Both the position numbers and the translations under genes were made by a program. From NCBI GenBank assembly GCA_964593555.1, contig CAZQIC010000007.1:6226-70225 (forward strand): a stretch of 64,000 nt of DNA. The letters run 5' to 3'. The notes below the pieces were generated by a model. The model did no database searches. It saw nothing but the letters and a program-made list of their open reading frames with translations, and was not told the origin of the DNA. Below, in pieces: positions 39,332 through 48,829 of the stretch (position 1 is its first letter; each line of letters starts with the position of its first letter). This stretch comes from an uncultured Bacteroidia bacterium. GTDB taxonomy: Bacteria; Bacteroidota; Bacteroidia; JAFLBG01.

Positions 39332-39444
39332 GGGATTTATAGATTTTTTGTATTAACTAATATACTATTTCCATTTTATAATATGAACCTCTTTATCCCT
39401 TTTTGTTTCATTCTTAGAGGAAAAAGACGTAAATTAGTTATACA

Positions 39445-42400
39445 ATGTTCCCGTACACTTTACTCTACAATTACAGATATAACTCAATCCTCGAAAAGAG
39501 TTTTATTTCTACACTTGCCTTCTTTCTCGTGGCATGTATAAGCCTTTTTGCTCAACCTTCATCAACCCCCTCTAATATGCTTCGAGGCAATGGGATGATG
39601 TTCACCGAAAATAAGGGACAGATCATAGATACGGAGGGGCATCTAAGGCCTGATATATTATATAAAGGCCAAACATATGGTACGGATGTTTACCTGAGGA
39701 AAACAGGATTTAGTTATGTGTTAAGTAAAAGCGAAGAAAATCCTTCGAATGAGATCAACAACTACACCGAAAAAAAAGAACTGGAAAACCTAAATATTAT
39801 ACTTCATAAAATTGATGTTGATTTTGTTGGATGCAATACAAATACCCAGCTGGAAAATAATTCAGAAGTAGAGGGACACTCCAATTTTTATTATCCGCAT
39901 TGCTCAAAGGGAATTACCTATGTAAAATCATTCAATGAAATAATAGTAAAAAATATTTATAACAATATTAATATAAGATATTATGGCGGAAAAGAAAACG
40001 GATTAAAATATGACATTGTTGTTTTGCCTGGCGGCGATCCATCACAAATTAAAATGAAATATACCGGAGCCGAGGAAATAGTAATTAAGAATGGAGAGTT
40101 AAGAATTAAAAATTCTTTGAATGAAATAACAGAAATTCTCCCAAAAGTATACCAGAATATAAACGGAAAAATTGTTGATGTAAAAACGAAATACATTTTA
40201 GAGGGCACGACCATAAGCTTTCAACTTACAACTTATAACGCTCAACTACCCTTGATCATCGATCCCTGGATCACTTATTATGGCGGGAGTAACTGGGAGC
40301 GCTGTGCATCCATTGTTACCGACGCGAACGGAGATGTTGTTGTAACCGGAAACACTTTCTCAACAGATTTTCCAACACAGAATGCCAGCCAGTCTGCGCA
40401 TGGCGGCGGATCCTGGGATGGCCTTGTTGTAAAATTCACAAACTTAGGAGCAAGAGTTTTCGCGACTTACTTTGGCGGAAATGTAGGCGACTTTACCAAA
40501 GGGGTGGATGTTGATAATGCGAACAATATATATGTAACCGGAGGCACCGATTCCCCAAACCTTCCAACTGTAAACCTGGCAGGAGCCTATAACCAGGCTG
40601 CATTTGCCGGCGGAACAAGCTTGGCAGGAGCTGATGCTTTCATTGCGCAATATACTCCTGCAGGAGTAATTACCTGGCTAACTTATTACGGGAGTACAGA
40701 TAATGAAGAAGGTTATGATATTGCTTTGGACAATGCTAATAATATTTTTTTAGTTGGCGTTACTTACTCAACAACTCTGCCTACTCTGTCTCCATACCAG
40801 GCTGCCAACGGCGGAAGCGGCGATGGGTTTGTAACCAAATTCAGTAGCGCAGGAGCGCTGACATGGGGAACATATTACGGTGGAAATGATTTCGACCTTG
40901 TTAACGCAATTAATATTGACCCTACCGGCAACGTTATTATTGGCGGCATTACTAACTCTTCTAACTTTCCAATTGTATCTGCACATCAAAACACAATAGG
41001 ATCAGCAGGATCAGCTGATGGTTTTGTTGCCAAACTAAGCAATGCAACAGGTACACCCTCGTGGTCTACTTTTTATGGTGACGTTGGTTTTGGCGGCGAC
41101 GTAATTTATACAGCTACAACAGATGGTACAGGAAATGTTTATGCAGGAGGACGAACTTCTTCCGCTGCGAACATTGCAACCACGGGATCTTTTCAACCGG
41201 CGAAAAATGGCTCATATGATGCATTTATTGTGAAATTTAATAGTGGCGGCGTAAGACAATGGGCAACATATATGGGTGGAGCAGCAGGATTACAAGAATA
41301 TGTAACCGGACTAGCATGCGACAGTTATAACAACCTCATCGTTTCGGGTGATACATATTGTTCCGATTTCCCTGTAACAACCTGTGCATATCAAACAACC
41401 TGGGCTCCCTCAGAATGCCAGTTCTTTGCTGTGTTCTATTCCAACGGAAATCGTTTATGTTCCGGAATGCTTGGTATCAGCGGCGGGGGTGACAAAGAAA
41501 CCTTTGAAGGATTAGGAGGAAGCCTGGCGTTACATGGCTGTCACCTTTTTATGAATGCGATGTCCAATTGCGCTTACCCGGTTTTTGGAAATGCTTTTCA
41601 AAGTACCTGCGGAGGACAAATTGATCTTTCCGTTTCTAAATTATTTATTTATAACTGTGGAGGACGAAGCCAAAACATCCCGGATTTCAGTTCAAGAACA
41701 ACCGTATGCAAAAATGATCCCGTAATATTTACTCCTACCTATTCATCATGCGATACTTCAGGACTGCAATATACATGGACATTCTCAGGAGGAACACCAA
41801 CAACTTCAACAAGTGCGAATCCCACCATAACTTATACAGCATCCGGGAATTTTAATGTTGAATTAATTATTACAGGACATTGCAGTAATGATACAGTCTT
41901 AAAGCCAGGTTATATTACAGTTACAAACAATTCCTCCTTTACCTCAACAGTTACACCCAGCGCGGGCATAACCTGTTATGGGAACAGCACTGCAAGTGCA
42001 GGTGTGAATTCAACTACAGGATCCCCATTAACATATAACTGGAGCAATGGACAGACAACACAAACAGTAAGTAATTTACCGGCAGCAATATATACAGTTA
42101 CCGTTACAGACAATAATAATTGCATATCTATTGATACCGTTATTTTTTCGCAGCCACCGGCATTAGCCATATCGCAAACCATAACAGATGCTGGTTGCAC
42201 AGCAAGTACAGGTGTGATCACCACAACCATCACAGGTGGAACTTCAGCCTATACATATAACTGGAGCAATTCACAAACAACACAAACAGTAAGCAATCTA
42301 CCGGCGGGCAATTATACATTAACAGTAACCGACGCTAATAGCTGTTCATTTGATACAATTATGATTGTAAATGCAATAGGTGCCGGAACAATGTCCGTTA

Positions 42401-43341
42401 CTTCTACAGATCCATTATGCAATGGCATTACATCAGGCACCGCCACAGCATCTATTGCAGGCGGCTCTTCGCCATTCACTTATAGCTGGAGCGGCGGACA
42501 AACCGATCAAAGCATAAGCAATCTTGGTGCAGGTATTTATACTGTTACCATTACAGACGATAGCGGCTGTATAACTATTGACTCCGTTACCATTAGTGAA
42601 CCAGTTGCACTAAATATTAATATGAGTCCATCAAATTCTATTTGCATAGGATTCAATACCATTTTATCAGCAGCCGGGCAGGGAGGTGCATCTGGATATA
42701 ATTATTTATGGAACACTTCAAATACAAATGCAAGTATTACCGAGCAGCCAACACTCACCACCATTTATTCAATTACAGTGACGGATGCAAATGGCTGCAC
42801 AAAAGATTCAAGCATTACGATAACTGTTACTACGCCAACTGTTGATGCTGGATTGGGAACTACAATTCTTTCCGGTCAAAGTACATCACTTTCCTCATCA
42901 GGCAATGGAACATTCAACTGGCAGCCTGCAACAAGTTGTACTTGTGCAAATCCTACTGTTAGTCCGACAAAAACCACAACATACACACTTACCATTACCT
43001 TAGGCAGCTGCTCTGTATTTGACACTGTTACTGTTTATGTTATTATTGATGAATGTGATGAGAATGATGTTTTTGTGCCCAATGGATTTTCACCAAACAA
43101 TGATGGAGAGAATGATGTGCTGAAGTTGTTTTTATCTGGCACCCCTGAGGTCTTGTACTTCGCCATTTATGATAGATGGGGAGAAAAAGTATTTGAGACC
43201 ACCGACTTCAAAGAAACATGGAATGGATTTTATAGAGGCAAATTGATGAACGCTGCAGTGTACAGTTATATTCTCAAAATAAATTGCAGCGCAACAAACG
43301 TGGGAACAATTAAAACCGGGAACATCAGTTTGGTACGATAA
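39445..43341 (+). CDS. Giant adhesin-like T9SS type-B cargo (SBBP repeats, PKD, three SprB-type repeats, Ig-like domains, type-B CTD)
   Basis: 1298-aa ORF with ATG start. It carries an FTENKGQI motif, SBBP units and a PKD domain (YTWTFSGG). SprB units begin CYGNSTAS, CTASTG and CNGITSG. The C-terminus is PNGFSPNNDGENDVL...YDRWGEKVF...WNG...VYSY. Confidence 0.85.
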   Translation: MFPYTLLYNYRYNSILEKSFISTLAFFLVACISLFAQPSSTPSNMLRGNGMMFTENKGQIIDTEGHLRPDILYKGQTYGTDVYLRKTGFSYVLSKSEENPSNEINNYTEKKELENLNIILHKIDVDFVGCNTNTQLENNSEVEGHSNFYYPHCSKGITYVKSFNEIIVKNIYNNINIRYYGGKENGLKYDIVVLPGGDPSQIKMKYTGAEEIVIKNGELRIKNSLNEITEILPKVYQNINGKIVDVKTKYILEGTTISFQLTTYNAQLPLIIDPWITYYGGSNWERCASIVTDANGDVVVTGNTFSTDFPTQNASQSAHGGGSWDGLVVKFTNLGARVFATYFGGNVGDFTKGVDVDNANNIYVTGGTDSPNLPTVNLAGAYNQAAFAGGTSLAGADAFIAQYTPAGVITWLTYYGSTDNEEGYDIALDNANNIFLVGVTYSTTLPTLSPYQAANGGSGDGFVTKFSSAGALTWGTYYGGNDFDLVNAINIDPTGNVIIGGITNSSNFPIVSAHQNTIGSAGSADGFVAKLSNATGTPSWSTFYGDVGFGGDVIYTATTDGTGNVYAGGRTSSAANIATTGSFQPAKNGSYDAFIVKFNSGGVRQWATYMGGAAGLQEYVTGLACDSYNNLIVSGDTYCSDFPVTTCAYQTTWAPSECQFFAVFYSNGNRLCSGMLGISGGGDKETFEGLGGSLALHGCHLFMNAMSNCAYPVFGNAFQSTCGGQIDLSVSKLFIYNCGGRSQNIPDFSSRTTVCKNDPVIFTPTYSSCDTSGLQYTWTFSGGTPTTSTSANPTITYTASGNFNVELIITGHCSNDTVLKPGYITVTNNSSFTSTVTPSAGITCYGNSTASAGVNSTTGSPLTYNWSNGQTTQTVSNLPAAIYTVTVTDNNNCISIDTVIFSQPPALAISQTITDAGCTASTGVITTTITGGTSAYTYNWSNSQTTQTVSNLPAGNYTLTVTDANSCSFDTIMIVNAIGAGTMSVTSTDPLCNGITSGTATASIAGGSSPFTYSWSGGQTDQSISNLGAGIYTVTITDDSGCITIDSVTISEPVALNINMSPSNSICIGFNTILSAAGQGGASGYNYLWNTSNTNASITEQPTLTTIYSITVTDANGCTKDSSITITVTTPTVDAGLGTTILSGQSTSLSSSGNGTFNWQPATSCTCANPTVSPTKTTTYTLTITLGSCSVFDTVTVYVIIDECDENDVFVPNGFSPNNDGENDVLKLFLSGTPEVLYFAIYDRWGEKVFETTDFKETWNGFYRGKLMNAAVYSYILKINCSATNVGTIKTGNISLVR
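41938..42603 (+). repeat. Three tandem SprB-type Cys repeats (coding) inside the 1298-aa gene
   Basis: Residues about 832-1053 by residue count. The segment TYNWSN.QTTQTVSNLPA recurs in two units. Confidence 0.7.
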
Positions 43342-43351
43342 CTTCTGCATT

Positions 43352-43828
43352 ATGAAACTACCTCGACTAGCTGTATTCACTTTATTATTTTCAATTGCAA
43401 TTTCGACCTTTTCATTTGCACAGGAAAAATTATTGGAAGGTCTTTATCCTAACTGGACCTGCATGCTGTCTTTCAGCGAAGAAGCCCCGGGGTTAATAAT
43501 AAATGATGTGAAAACATTTAAAAAATTGATACGTCAACAATCTCCGCCAAATAATTCCAGTTGTGCGGACATTGATTTCACACAGATCGACTTTGAAAAA
43601 TATACTCTACTGGGGAAATTTACAGGCATGGGAGGATGCAAACTGCCATACTATGATCACCAAATAGTAATTGATGAAAAAAATAAAAAATGCATCTATA
43701 AAATAAAAATCACTACTTATGGTTTATGCGAACCCTATTATATGAATATGCATTGGGTTTTAATTCCTAAGCTGCCAAAAGACTGTATAGTAGAATTTGA
43801 GGTTGAAGAGCAAAAATCCAGCGAATAA
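43352..43828 (+). CDS. Small secreted hypothetical protein
   Basis: 158-aa ORF starting 10 nt after the giant gene. It has a signal peptide (MKLPRLAVFTLLFSIAISTFSFAQ). I recognised no family. Confidence 0.55.
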   Translation: MKLPRLAVFTLLFSIAISTFSFAQEKLLEGLYPNWTCMLSFSEEAPGLIINDVKTFKKLIRQQSPPNNSSCADIDFTQIDFEKYTLLGKFTGMGGCKLPYYDHQIVIDEKNKKCIYKIKITTYGLCEPYYMNMHWVLIPKLPKDCIVEFEVEEQKSSE

Positions 43829-43868
43829 AAGCCCTGAACTTATTTTAAAGATTCGACGATAGCCTTCA

Positions 43869-44429
43869 TTACAAACTTCTGAACATCCTCAAAAAATAAT
43901 TCAAATTCTTTTTAAAATCTTCATAATGCTTCTCTAAAGTCACTGCCGACTTATCAATTGTATTGGCGTACTTTGTTCTGCAGCTCATTCCATATAACAC
44001 CTCTCCTATTCCATTTATGCTTGCATATGAAACTAGCCAGCTATGCTGGATCATATATTTTAAAAACATACGCGATTTCTCAGGCATAATATTTTCGTGA
44101 TGTAACATTAGGTCGTGCACCCCATCTACATATTGCGGTAACTCAATTTCAGAATAATTTTTCCAGTTAGCTGCTAAAAAATGATCATAAAAAATATCCG
44201 CAATAACGCCCGCGAATTTTCCGTGCTCAACTCTTATGCGTTTTACACTTTGCATAAATACAGGATGCTTGTCAGTATAATCATCAATAGCGCGATGCAA
44301 TAAAATCCCGCTCACAATCCCAGGAGAATAATTTTTATACGCCGCGCCTTTAACTCCATCGGCAATAAAATTGCCGATCATGAGCTCCTGGTCGTTACCG
44401 GAAAGATATAAGTGTGCAAGGAAATTCAT
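43869..44429 (-). CDS. acpH: Acyl carrier protein phosphodiesterase
   Basis: Starting at the internal ATG, MNFLAHLYLSG...GNFIADGVKG...HRAIDDYTD...IFYDHFLA closely parallels E. coli AcpH (MNFLAHLHLA...ADFVRG...HRRID...WDHFLS). Confidence 0.85.
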   Translation of the reverse strand: MNFLAHLYLSGNDQELMIGNFIADGVKGAAYKNYSPGIVSGILLHRAIDDYTDKHPVFMQSVKRIRVEHGKFAGVIADIFYDHFLAANWKNYSEIELPQYVDGVHDLMLHHENIMPEKSRMFLKYMIQHSWLVSYASINGIGEVLYGMSCRTKYANTIDKSAVTLEKHYEDFKKNLNYFLRMFRSL

Positions 44430-44512
44430 TCGTGTTATAACAAGATACAATGATTTTGTATTCTAAACTGCCGCATTTTTTGATAGATATAAATTATACG
44501 GTAGATTAGCAC

Positions 44513-45244
44513 ATGGAAAAAACGACAATGCTCACTTTAACTGAAATAGAGCAAGAACTTAATTTGTTTGGCGAAGAACTTAAAACTGCTATCCCAGATA
44601 ACATTTTATCCGTAATTATTTATGGGGGACTCGCAAAAGGCGAATTTAAACCCGAGACATCCGATATAAATTTAATGATCGTATTAAGGGATGCCAGCAA
44701 TGATACATTAAAACAAATTGCTCCCATAATTCAAAAAAAGAACAGCAGGATATCGATGCATCCGTTTATTATAACCGAAAATGAACTGAGAATCGCACCT
44801 GAACTTTTTCCGATTAAATTTCTCGATATTAAAACATATCATAAAATCATTAGCGGCACAGAATTATTAAGTACACTGAACATACCAAATGATAAATTGA
44901 TTTATGCATGTAAGCAGGAACTGCAGAATTTATATATGCGCCTTAGATCTGTATATTCTTATTCCACAGAGCTGCCAGAGGTGTTGGAATTTAAGATTAA
45001 GAAAACGTTTTCTTCACTTCTTGTTAACATGAATGCCTTAATTTACGTAAAAACAGGGGTCATGGAAAAAGCAAAAGACGAGATCATTAGCAAAAGTTCT
45101 TCGTTATTTAGCCTAGACCAACAACTGTTAAGTTCAATAAAAGCTATACGTAATAATACACACTCATATTCTCCCGAAGAAATTAAAAAAATATATGAAA
45201 ATTTTATGACGCTGTTAAATCAAATAATACAGCTAGAGCTCTAA
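44513..45244 (+). CDS. Nucleotidyltransferase-fold (Pol-beta-type) domain protein, first gene of the MNIO operon
   Basis: The motif GGLAKGEFKPETSDINLMIVL fits the G-[GS]-x(9-13)-D-x-D pattern, but the second acidic residue is Asn. The C-terminal half is helical. Its stop lies 3 nt before the next start. Confidence 0.55.
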   Translation: MEKTTMLTLTEIEQELNLFGEELKTAIPDNILSVIIYGGLAKGEFKPETSDINLMIVLRDASNDTLKQIAPIIQKKNSRISMHPFIITENELRIAPELFPIKFLDIKTYHKIISGTELLSTLNIPNDKLIYACKQELQNLYMRLRSVYSYSTELPEVLEFKIKKTFSSLLVNMNALIYVKTGVMEKAKDEIISKSSSLFSLDQQLLSSIKAIRNNTHSYSPEEIKKIYENFMTLLNQIIQLEL

Positions 45245-45247
45245 TTT

Positions 45248-46225
45248 ATGGACTGGCTATTTGATAATCCGCTTGCTAATATGTATGGCCCATACTTTCT
45301 TTTATTGTATGGACTCGTCATTCTTTTATCAATAATTTTTATTCACTTTTTTGCAGAAAAATTAATAAGTATAAAAGACATATCTTCTTCCAAGATTCCC
45401 GCCAATCCAGATCCTTATGAAGTTGCGTACCTGAGAGGTGGCGCAAAAGAAGTGGTCAAGTTGATAATATATAACCTCCTGAGTAAGAATTTCTTAAAAT
45501 CATACTCCAAACCTGATAGATCAAAAGTTATTGTTCAAAAGGTTAATAAACATCCTTCGGTATTGAGTTTAAACCCAATAGATAGAGAAGTATTTAAACT
45601 TTTTACAATGCCATCAATGGAATTGAAGCAGTTTATGTTTTCCGATAAAGTAATAAACACTGTAGAAGACGAATGCGATAAATTTAAAAAGAGCTGGGAA
45701 ACCTTTGGATACTTAAGCATTACTGAACATGTAAAAAAATTTGACCGACTCAAAGCAAATACAATTGGTGTTGTTTTGTTTTTTGGTGCATATAAACTGC
45801 TTGCTGCATTCAGTCATGGACACTCCAATGTCATTTTCATGATCATACTTGGGATCTTAGGCATTTCAATTATAAGCGGATTTAGGTTAGATTCCGTAAC
45901 TACTAATTCAGGGAAAAAATATTTAGAGGATCTCGAAAAAGCCTTTAAACCAAAAACAGAAAAAGAGATTGATCACCTTCGCTACGAACAAAAATTTATG
46001 CTGATTGGTGTTTTAGGCTTTTCTCATTTTGCCCATACTCCATTCGGTTTTTTGGAACAATATGCAGGTAAGGTCAGACCAAAAAATTCAGTTATATCCG
46101 GTTGGTGGAATAATTGGTCGCCGGGGACAGGCGGCTCGTGTGGATCCAGCTGTAGTTCCGGTTCAAGCTGCGGATCGGGATGCGGTAGTGGATGCGGAGG
46201 CGGATGTGGTGGATGCGGAGGCTAA
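45248..46225 (+). CDS. TIGR04222-like polytopic membrane protein with Gly/Ser/Cys-rich C-terminal tail
   Basis: The N-terminus (DNPLANMYGPYFLLLYGLVILLSIIFIHFF) matches my recollection of the TIGR04222 domain. Further hydrophobic segments follow. The last 31 aa are GGSCGSSCSSGSSCGSGCGSGCGGGCGGCGG (7 Cys). Confidence 0.7.
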   Translation: MDWLFDNPLANMYGPYFLLLYGLVILLSIIFIHFFAEKLISIKDISSSKIPANPDPYEVAYLRGGAKEVVKLIIYNLLSKNFLKSYSKPDRSKVIVQKVNKHPSVLSLNPIDREVFKLFTMPSMELKQFMFSDKVINTVEDECDKFKKSWETFGYLSITEHVKKFDRLKANTIGVVLFFGAYKLLAAFSHGHSNVIFMIILGILGISIISGFRLDSVTTNSGKKYLEDLEKAFKPKTEKEIDHLRYEQKFMLIGVLGFSHFAHTPFGFLEQYAGKVRPKNSVISGWWNNWSPGTGGSCGSSCSSGSSCGSGCGSGCGGGCGGCGG

Positions 46226-46226
46226 T

Positions 46227-47060
46227 ATGAAAAAAAATGACATTCCCTCTCTTGGAGTCGGACTTGGCTTTCGACCGGAATTCATGAGCAGCATCTTCAT
46301 GAACAGAGAAAAAATTGATTTTCTTGAGATCATCGCAGATCATTACATAGACTGTTCTCCCGAAAAACTAAAAGAACTTGATCTGTTGGCAGAAAATTTT
46401 ATTCTCATCCCTCACGCCATTCATTTATCATTAGGAAGCGTAGATCTGGATTTGAATTACCTGCATAAATTAAATACAGTTATCCAACGTATTAATCCAC
46501 CTTATTGGAGTGAGCACATTTCATTCAGCCAGGTGCATGGAATTGATATTGGGCACCTCTCCCCTCTTCCTTACTCAAGAGAGGCAATTGATGCTTTTTG
46601 CAAGAACATTGAGCGAGTAAAAAAAAGTATTTCACAGCCACTTATACTCGAAAATATTTCTTACTCCATTAAATTACCCGGACAGGAAATGCCCGAGGCG
46701 AAATTCATAAATGAAATATTATTGGAGACTGGTTGCGGCCTCTTGCTTGATGTAACCAATCTGTATACAAATTCCGTTAATCATAATTATAATGCTCTTG
46801 GCTTTTTGAACGAGGTAATGGCAGAGAGAATCGTTCAATTGCATTTTGTTGGAGTCGATATAAAAAACGAAGTAATCATTGACAGTCATTCACAAAAAAC
46901 CTCTCCGGAAATATGGTCTTTGATGGAGGAGGTATTTAAGCGAAGTAAAGTAAAAGGCGCAGTGTTGGAAAGAGACTTGAATTTTCCAGCCTTTTCGGAA
47001 ATTACAGAAGAGCTGGACATTGCAAGAAAACTTGGAAAAAAACATAAGCAATGGAATTAA
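46227..47060 (+). CDS. DUF692 family enzyme (MNIO, MbnB-like TIM barrel)
   Basis: The ATG lies 1 nt after the preceding stop (track ORF 46029 is an out-of-context 5-prime extension). The 277-aa protein contains GVGLGFRPEF...DFLEIIADHY...IPHAIHLSLGS...WSEHISF...LENISY, the pattern I associate with DUF692. Confidence 0.8.
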   Translation: MKKNDIPSLGVGLGFRPEFMSSIFMNREKIDFLEIIADHYIDCSPEKLKELDLLAENFILIPHAIHLSLGSVDLDLNYLHKLNTVIQRINPPYWSEHISFSQVHGIDIGHLSPLPYSREAIDAFCKNIERVKKSISQPLILENISYSIKLPGQEMPEAKFINEILLETGCGLLLDVTNLYTNSVNHNYNALGFLNEVMAERIVQLHFVGVDIKNEVIIDSHSQKTSPEIWSLMEEVFKRSKVKGAVLERDLNFPAFSEITEELDIARKLGKKHKQWN

Positions 47061-47647
47061 GGCAGTACCAGGAAATATTAGCAAGATTGTACACTGATAA
47101 AAATTTTAGGGAAAGTTTTTTTCGAGATCGTACTACTACGTATCAACAGCTCCATATTTCCGAAAAAAACACTCAATTGCTAAATGAACTTTCCAAATTA
47201 CAGGTTGAGCAATTTGCACATTCACTTATATCTAAACGATTGGAAGCGGCAAAATCAATACTTGTGCTCACGAGTCGACAAATGGGGAATTATTTTGCCA
47301 AGGCCTTTTTCGAATATGCGTCCTGCAATAAACTTGAAGAGTCTAATAACAAATATTTGACTGATGCATTATCATTCACGAAATTTTTGTTAGGCAAATC
47401 AAAATTTGAAAGTAATGAACCATTCCAAAGAGAATTGATCCGGCACGAACAACAAAGAATAAATTCAGCGTTTGAAAAAAAGAAAATTACTATTCACAAA
47501 TTTAATTATAAAATTGAAGAGCTCATTCTATTCTTAGAAGGGAAGGCCGGTAACCCCAGGAAAAAAATTATTTATTCATTTGGCCTCCGAAAAAGGAACA
47601 GTCAAAATTTCAACTATTTTTCGATAGCTCTGCCGACTCTCTTTTAA
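47051..47647 (+). CDS. MNIO partner protein candidate (MbnC/DUF2063-like)
   Basis: 198-aa ORF whose ATG overlaps the DUF692 stop by 10 nt. It is helical and begins MELRQYQEILARLYTDKNFRESFFRD. The call rests mainly on position and coupling. Confidence 0.45.
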   Translation: MELRQYQEILARLYTDKNFRESFFRDRTTTYQQLHISEKNTQLLNELSKLQVEQFAHSLISKRLEAAKSILVLTSRQMGNYFAKAFFEYASCNKLEESNNKYLTDALSFTKFLLGKSKFESNEPFQRELIRHEQQRINSAFEKKKITIHKFNYKIEELILFLEGKAGNPRKKIIYSFGLRKRNSQNFNYFSIALPTLF

Positions 47648-47686
47648 ACCTCTTAAATACCTCTGTCGAATCTATAAAGCCCGACC

Positions 47687-48829
47687 TTATCTGGCAATGG
47701 TTACACTTCCCTTTATAAGCGGGAGGTCGGTATTGGCAGGTGCAGATAATTCATAAACGTACACTCCCATTGGTAATTCCGTTCCGCTTTCATCAACTCC
47801 ATTCCAGGTATAGTTGCCGCCTGATATTGTTTCTGCGAAAACTATGCGACCCGTTTTTCCATCGGTAATTTTTAATGTCACCGATTCGTTTGCAAACTTT
47901 TGTAATGGAACCTCCCAATAATTTTGGCGGGAGGGAACAATGATATAATCGCATGTTTCTTTTTCGATCTGCGCGACAACTGTTTTGCTCTTACAACCAT
48001 TCTGATCTTTTATTATCAGGGTATAATTTCCAATTCCCAGCTTATCAAATTTCGAATCTGTATTAAATGTTTTACCACCATCGATAGAAAATTCATACGA
48101 AGATTCTGTGTCTAAAGATGCTTTATCAAAAACTACTGCACCATTCTTTTGCCCAATACAGGTACTGATAGCTGAATAGCTGATATCAATTATTACGCCC
48201 TCACACTTATTAATTTCTTTTGACTGAATAGTTGTATTGTTATCCACTTTGTCCTCAACCTGTTTATCGGGAGAATATGCAGACTGTGGTAAGTATTCAG
48301 TCAATTTAATATTCCCCGTAGTATCCCAAGCGCCTTCAATAATCATATCTCCATCCTCAGGATATATTATCGTCTTACCCTCTCTCTTCTTCGGGTTAAA
48401 AACAAAAGTACTCTTATCATTATTATTTATAGAAGATCCTGTTTCAGACTTGCCATCATTATTAATAGATACGCTATCCGTATTTGGCTGTGAGATTTTA
48501 TTTATTACCGATTTGTTTTCTTCCTTATCCTGGAAAACCAATGTAGCAACAATAGAAAGTCCTACAACAGCAGCCGCAACACCATAATATAAATTACGGT
48601 TATTGGATTTTGGTGCAGAAGTATTTTCCGCATGAATCTTTTGCAATTTCTTTTTGATATCGATCGCTGCGTTATCAGAAATAATATCACTAACAGCCCG
48701 ATGAGCCTCCACCTCCTGATAAAAAGCAGGATCGTTCTGTAACTTCACCTCTACCTCTGCTTTTGTTGCAGCAGATAAGGTGTTGTTCAGATACCCTTCA
48801 ATCAGATCGTATGTAGACTCTATATTCAT
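47687..48829 (-). CDS. Anti-sigma factor with single TM helix, SprB-like repeat and FlgD-Ig/T9SS-CTD-like C-terminal domain
   Basis: The N-terminal 60 aa or so (LIEGYLNNTLSAATKAEVEVKLQNDPAFYQEVEAH) look like an anti-sigma domain. A TM helix follows (LYYGVAAAVVGLSIVATLVF). The ectodomain has CIGQKNGAVVF...GIGNYTLIIKDQNGC and ends in WNGVDESGTELPMGVYVYEL. Its start overlaps the sigma gene stop (ATGA). Confidence 0.7.
   Translation of the reverse strand: MNIESTYDLIEGYLNNTLSAATKAEVEVKLQNDPAFYQEVEAHRAVSDIISDNAAIDIKKKLQKIHAENTSAPKSNNRNLYYGVAAAVVGLSIVATLVFQDKEENKSVINKISQPNTDSVSINNDGKSETGSSINNNDKSTFVFNPKKREGKTIIYPEDGDMIIEGAWDTTGNIKLTEYLPQSAYSPDKQVEDKVDNNTTIQSKEINKCEGVIIDISYSAISTCIGQKNGAVVFDKASLDTESSYEFSIDGGKTFNTDSKFDKLGIGNYTLIIKDQNGCKSKTVVAQIEKETCDYIIVPSRQNYWEVPLQKFANESVTLKITDGKTGRIVFAETISGGNYTWNGVDESGTELPMGVYVYELSAPANTDLPLIKGSVTIAR

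Noticed and set aside
46029-46226. 5-prime extension of the DUF692 ORF (track ORF 46029..47060, 343 aa).
   Set aside because: The extension overlaps the Cys-rich tail of the upstream gene in another frame, and its Ala/Asp/Val-rich translation simply reflects the GC-rich repeat. The ATG at 46227, 1 nt after the upstream stop, gives a DUF692-sized protein of 277 aa.
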